From Deltaproteobacteria bacterium (lineage in GTDB: Bacteria > Myxococcota > JACRCW01 > JAFGSX01): DNA of 48,500 nucleotides. The notes under the pieces were generated by a model. That model was not told the origin of the DNA, ran no database searches, and saw only the letters and a list, made by a program, of their open reading frames with translations. A program made the translations under genes and the position numbers. Below are positions 45,141 to 48,500 of this stretch, piece by piece. The stretch lies in assembly GCA_016934455.1 (NCBI GenBank), contig JAFGSX010000608.1, forward strand, positions 1 to 48,500, written 5' to 3'. The stretch's first letter is position 1; the number at the start of each line of letters is the position of its first letter.

Positions 45141-46553
45141 TCAGCGGCACGCCTGGGGAGGGAACGACACGCTGGCGAGGGCGTCGCATGGCAGATCGCC
45201 GCCCACGCAGACGCCGTTGTAGCTGTTGGCCGTCACCCACCTGCCGGTGACGCCGCAGGCCGGCACGCCGCCCTGCCAGCCCGCGGTGACCCGGATGCCG
45301 ATGCAGGACGAGACCAGGCAGTTCGCGTGCTGCTGGGGGGGAGTGCCCGAGCAACTGCAGTCGAGCTGGTAGAAAGCGTTGGTCGAGCAGCAGCCGTCGC
45401 ACGTGGGATCGGGGTCCACGTCGAAGTCGACCCAGCAATAGGCGTAGGTATTGCTGCAGCGGTGGCACTCGCGATCCCCGAGCGGCGTGGCCGAGATGTT
45501 CGGCGTGCATGAGGTGCAGGTGTAGACGTCGCTGCTCTCCCTGGTCTCGCTGCCGTCGCAGTTGAAGTCGAACCCGCCGCCCGCTGCAGCGGTGGCGAAA
45601 TACTCGTCCTGGCCGGGATGGGCGCGCCCGTCATCGTCGTCGCAGTCGTCCGAGTTGGTGACATAACCACTCGGCCGGCTGCACGCCCTGATCGTGGTGT
45701 TGCCATCGCCGTAGCCGTCGCTGTCGTAGTCGAGGAAATACTGGGTGCCGAGGCGGCAGTTATCGCTGCAGTCGAGGTAGGGCGACGGGCAGACGCACTC
45801 GTGGTCTTGGTCGCAGTTCCAGTAGCCGGAGCCGCAGTCGCCACTGTCGCAGCACTCGCCGCTGTCATAGCAGACCGTGCCGCATTCGAGGCCGTAGCAG
45901 ACACAGTCGTACGAAGCGCCGGACGGGATGCAGACGTAGTTTTCACCGCAGGGGTTGGAGGCGCACGGCCCGCGATCGGTGCCGGACGTGTCCGGGCGCC
46001 AGGTGTCGGGCAGTCTGGTGTCGGGCAGTCTGGTGTCGGGTTGTCTGGTGTCGGGCAGTCTGGTGTCGGGTTGTCTGGTGTCGGGTTGTCTCGTGTCAGA
46101 GTGCCACCGGTCGGGCGGCCTGGTGTCAGAGTGCACCGCGTCGTACCGTGCCGCGTCGCCCGGCCACTGGTCCGTGCCCGCCGTGTCGGGCCGCCACAGG
46201 TCCCGGCCAGCGAGGTCCGCTGCGCTGCCGTCGACCGCTGCATCGCGACCGGACGCGACGCAGACACCGTTGCGGCAGTGTCCGGACGGACAGTCGCGGT
46301 CGCCGTTGCAGGCGACCTGCCGCGCGCACACCCCGTCCAGGCAGAGCGTGCCGGTCGGGCACGCCTCGTCGCTCTGGCAGGGCAGTCCCTCGCCGCCGCC
46401 GATCGCGGTCAGGATCTCGCAGGCACTGCCGGATGCGACAGCCAGGACAGCCACCGCTACCCGGTGCGCGAACCGCCTCACGGCGCAGCCTCCGCCGGCC
46501 CGATCGAGACGATGCCGGGCGCTTGCTGCGACAGGTACTCGAGCGCGATCCAA
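45141..46553 (-). CDS. Cys-rich secreted protein or lipoprotein: Cys-knots, PDTRQ pentapeptide repeats, EGF-like module, MopE-like putative metal-binding motif
   Basis: The EGF-like module is CASNPCGENYVCIPSGASYDCVC (nt 45897-45965). The MopE-like module is FLDYDSDGYGDG...CSRPSGYVTNSDDCDDDDGRAHPG (nt 45606-45740). A GTG at 46481 overlaps the upstream gene's stop (GTGA) and would give (M)RRFAHRVAVAVLAVASGSAC, so it may be the true start. Confidence 0.8.
   Translation of the reverse strand: MDRARVPVAASARHRLDRAGGGCAVRRFAHRVAVAVLAVASGSACEILTAIGGGEGLPCQSDEACPTGTLCLDGVCARQVACNGDRDCPSGHCRNGVCVASGRDAAVDGSAADLAGRDLWRPDTAGTDQWPGDAARYDAVHSDTRPPDRWHSDTRQPDTRQPDTRLPDTRQPDTRLPDTRLPDTWRPDTSGTDRGPCASNPCGENYVCIPSGASYDCVCYGLECGTVCYDSGECCDSGDCGSGYWNCDQDHECVCPSPYLDCSDNCRLGTQYFLDYDSDGYGDGNTTIRACSRPSGYVTNSDDCDDDDGRAHPGQDEYFATAAAGGGFDFNCDGSETRESSDVYTCTSCTPNISATPLGDRECHRCSNTYAYCWVDFDVDPDPTCDGCCSTNAFYQLDCSCSGTPPQQHANCLVSSCIGIRVTAGWQGGVPACGVTGRWVTANSYNGVCVGGDLPCDALASVSFPPQACR
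45987..46136 (-). repeat. 15-bp tandem repeat (ggtgtcggg[ca/tt]gtct), 6 near-perfect plus about 4 degenerate units, encoding PDTR[Q/L]
   Basis: Units were read directly at 46002, 46017, 46032, 46047, 46062 and 46077, and differ only at two positions (ca or tt). Degenerate units flank both sides. The repeat is in frame with the minus-strand CDS. Confidence 0.9.
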
Positions 46554-48106
46554 CCCGCCGAGCGCGCCACGCCGGAGAAGCGGACCTCGTCGAGAATGCC
46601 GACCAAAAACGGGGCGCTGCCGTCGTCCTGGGCGCCGAGCGCCGCGTTGCGCGACGGCGTGTCCGAGGTGGAGCCCGGGCTCAGGTGGGTCAGCGCATCC
46701 GACGAGGTCTGCACGCCGTCGATGTAGACGTACAGCCTGGGCTCGCGGTAGCGGACGCGCAGCACGACGTGGTGAAAGGTGCCGCGCGTCAGAGCGGACC
46801 AGACGGCGAGCGGCTCGTCGGGATCGCTGTCGAGCCGGCGCACCGTGACGTTGCCGACGCCCGAATCCGACTCCTGCAACTGCATGCGCGACGACGCGGT
46901 GGGGGTCGAGCTGCCGACGCTGATGCCGAGGACGATCTGCCTCGCGGTCGCCATGGGGTTCAGGTTGAGCCAGAGCCCGACCGTGGCCCCGTCCACGTCT
47001 TGCAGCAGCGGCTGGCTGTCCTCGAGCCGGATCGCCTGGCCGCCTTTGAAACGGCGCCCCAGCCCCACCGCGCCGGCCACCTGGTCGGTCGTGCCGGAGC
47101 CGCTCCCGGTGCCGTGGTTGGCCAGCGGCGACGAATCGGTCACGGCGGCACCCAGGTGGTAGACACCCTGGTAGCCGTTGCTCCAGACGTCGCTGGCGGG
47201 CAGTAGCGGCAAAATGGAGGGGGATGTGCCGACGTCACCGTAGAGATAGATCCGGGCGCTGCTGCCACCCGGTTCGATCAGGGGCGCCCGCAACCAGATC
47301 AGGCTCTCCCCGTCCGTATCCCAGAGCTCGATCTCGTGCGGCAGGAGCTGGCATGAGTCGTCCGCGACGCGCAGGTCGGCGCCGTTCGGTCCAAATAGAG
47401 AGCAGGCGACCACCGCGCAGTCGAGCCGCAGCAAGACCGGGAAGTCGGCGATCGTCTCGGCGGTGGGGTTGGCGATGGTCAGCGGCCAGCGCATGCGCAG
47501 GGCATCGTGATACCAGCAGCCAGCCGCATCGGGCGACGGGAGATCGGCGGCCCCGGTGTCCGGCAGCGTGGTGTCCGGCAGCGTGGTGTCGGGCTCAGCC
47601 AGGTCCGGCCGCCAGGCATCCGGCAACACCGCGATGTCGCCGGTCGCGTCCGGCCGGCTGACGTCGGGACGCCACCGGTCCGCCGCTGCCGTGTCCGGCC
47701 GCGCCAGATCGCCGGCCGCTGCTCCGTCGACAAACGCAGCGTCGGGGCCGGCCTCGGGCGGCGCTGCGCGATCGGTCGCGAGCCGGTCGCGGTCGTTGCG
47801 GTCCGCGGCGCTGGCATCGCCTGCCCCGGCGTCACCTGCCCCGGCGTCACCTGCCCCGGCGTCGCCGCGCGGCATACAGGCGCCGCTCTGGCAGCTCTCG
47901 CGGCCCAGGCAATCGAGATCAGAATTGCAGGCCTGGCGGCATATTCCTTCGACGCAGACCTCGCTCTCCAGACATTGGGCGCTGGTCGCGCAGGGCGCGC
48001 CCGCCTGCTGGCAACCCTGGCAGCCGGCGAGCGCACCGGCGATCAGCGCGAGCGCGCTCGCCGCCCGGCCGGCGCCCGTGGCGCGCCGTGTCCACGTCCT
48101 GGCCAT
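46478..48106 (-). CDS. Lipoprotein with Cys-knots, Asp-periodic linker, DUF2341-like and LamG (concanavalin-A-like lectin) domains
   Basis: ATG 48106 gives MARTWTRRATGAGRAASALALIAGALAGC, with a canonical LAGC lipobox. WYHDALRMRWPLTIANPTAETIADFPVLLRLD fits the DUF2341 opening. The C-terminal half (GLWLNLNP...HHVVLRV....LYVYIDG...LDEVRFS) fits a LamG/Laminin_G_3 pattern. The 48382 start in the ORF track runs into the divergent helicase gene. Confidence 0.8.
   Translation of the reverse strand: MARTWTRRATGAGRAASALALIAGALAGCQGCQQAGAPCATSAQCLESEVCVEGICRQACNSDLDCLGRESCQSGACMPRGDAGAGDAGAGDAGAGDASAADRNDRDRLATDRAAPPEAGPDAAFVDGAAAGDLARPDTAAADRWRPDVSRPDATGDIAVLPDAWRPDLAEPDTTLPDTTLPDTGAADLPSPDAAGCWYHDALRMRWPLTIANPTAETIADFPVLLRLDCAVVACSLFGPNGADLRVADDSCQLLPHEIELWDTDGESLIWLRAPLIEPGGSSARIYLYGDVGTSPSILPLLPASDVWSNGYQGVYHLGAAVTDSSPLANHGTGSGSGTTDQVAGAVGLGRRFKGGQAIRLEDSQPLLQDVDGATVGLWLNLNPMATARQIVLGISVGSSTPTASSRMQLQESDSGVGNVTVRRLDSDPDEPLAVWSALTRGTFHHVVLRVRYREPRLYVYIDGVQTSSDALTHLSPGSTSDTPSRNAALGAQDDGSAPFLVGILDEVRFSGVARSAGWIALEYLSQQAPGIVSIGPAEAAP
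47555..47599 (-). repeat. 15-bp tandem repeat (ggtgtccggcagcgt x2 plus 1 degenerate unit) encoding PDTTL
   Basis: Perfect copies lie at 47555-47569 and 47570-47584. The unit is related to the repeat in the neighbouring gene (ggtgtcgggcagtct). Confidence 0.85.
47813..47865 (-). repeat. 15-bp tandem repeat (ggcgtcacctgcccc) x3.5 encoding GDAGA
   Basis: Units lie at 47813 (ggcatcgcctgcccc), 47828 and 47843 (both ggcgtcacctgcccc), with a partial fourth. They translate on the minus strand to GDAGAGDAGAGDAGAGDAS. Confidence 0.85.
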
Positions 48107-48190
48107 CCCTCGAATATACACCCATTGGCCACGACATGGGCTTGTCGCTGCGCTGGATCCAGGCCGCACGGGTGTGCCATGGTGGGCGCC

Positions 48191-48500
48191 ATGACCGACA
48201 CCACCGCCGACGCCGACAGCGCGGCCGCCGCTCTCCCGCCCCTGGTGGGCCGGCTGCAGGCCCTGACCAGCGTCGACGGCGACGCCCTGCTGAGCGCTTT
48301 TGGCGACGACGTCGGCCGCCGTCAGTTGCAGCTCTACCCGGCGCAGGAAGAGGCGATCCTGGAGCTGATGAGCGGCAAGCACGTCATCCTCAACACGCCG
48401 ACCGGATCGGGCAAGACGCTGGTCGCGCTGGCGCTGATCTTCAAGGCCTTTGCCGAGAAGAAGCGCGCCGTCTACACCTGCCCGATCAAGGCGCTGGTGA
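48191..48500 (+). CDS. Superfamily-2 DEAD/DEAH-box helicase (Ski2/HelY-like), 3'-partial (continues past the window)
   Basis: This frame is open to the window end and is absent from the ORF track. It reads MTDTTADAD...LYPAQEEAILELMSGKHVILNTPTGSGKTLVALALIFKAFAEKKRAVYTCPIKALV, with a Q-motif-like segment, Walker A TGSGKT and a motif Ia-like TCPIKAL. An alternative ATG lies at 48179. Confidence 0.8.
   Translation, partial: MTDTTADADSAAAALPPLVGRLQALTSVDGDALLSAFGDDVGRRQLQLYPAQEEAILELMSGKHVILNTPTGSGKTLVALALIFKAFAEKKRAVYTCPIKALV

Noticed and set aside
46002-46091. The regular 15-bp repeats could be mistaken for a mini CRISPR-like array.
   Set aside because: The units are directly abutting with no spacers and are far shorter than CRISPR repeats. 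They are in frame within a CDS (PDTRQ/L), and no cas genes are present.
48166-48179. A perfect TGGCAC -24 element on the minus strand (TGGCACacccgTGC) upstream of the LamG lipoprotein gene.
   Set aside because: The -12 GC is again one nucleotide too close, and the TTGC is degenerate (gTGC). It is noted only as a near miss. Similar off-spacing near misses occur at 39477-39492 (+) and 33293-33310 (+).

Overview
This is a very GC-rich, almost gap-free coding window. I call 32 protein genes, two of which run off the window edges. I saw no rRNA, tRNA, CRISPR array, transposase, integrase or reverse transcriptase. Three proteins end in a MYXO-CTERM-like tail (GC-x-C motif, hydrophobic helix, Arg-rich end). 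Together with the domain mix (Hanks-type kinase, sigma-54 enhancer-binding regulator, PEGA, PKD/FN3, ankyrin, LamG/DUF2341, MopE-like and EGF-like Cys modules), this points to a Myxococcota chromosome; that assignment is an inference. Main blocks, left to right: (1) a giant 5'-partial secreted protein; (2) a translationally coupled 8-gene same-strand array at 5311-15321, containing an ATP-grasp ligase, an HExxH peptidase, a WtpA-like W/Mo binding protein, a fused ABC permease-ATPase, two paralogous secreted proteins with an unassigned domain, a NapH-like polyferredoxin and a beta-propeller; (3) envelope and housekeeping-like genes (PKD surface protein, LpoA-like lipoprotein, M50 protease, GT39 transferase with a kinase carrying HAN instead of HRD, cell-wall amidase, S8 protease); (4) adjacent PilZ and MshEN-REC-TPR genes, both putative c-di-GMP receptors; (5) a histidine kinase and NtrC-type activator followed by a well-formed sigma-54 promoter that drives two small secreted FVDxDGDGIxD-motif proteins and an outer-membrane beta-barrel; (6) a convergent lipoprotein operon (DUF2341/LamG plus EGF/MopE-like). 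Two themes recur across unrelated secreted proteins: a short Cys-knot module (C..D.DCP.G..C..G.C), and linkers with Asp at every fifth residue, encoded by 15-bp tandem DNA repeats. The best candidates for undescribed biology are the 5311-15321 array and the sigma-54-controlled secreted-protein/beta-barrel operon. All functional calls come from motif reading by eye; no database search was possible.
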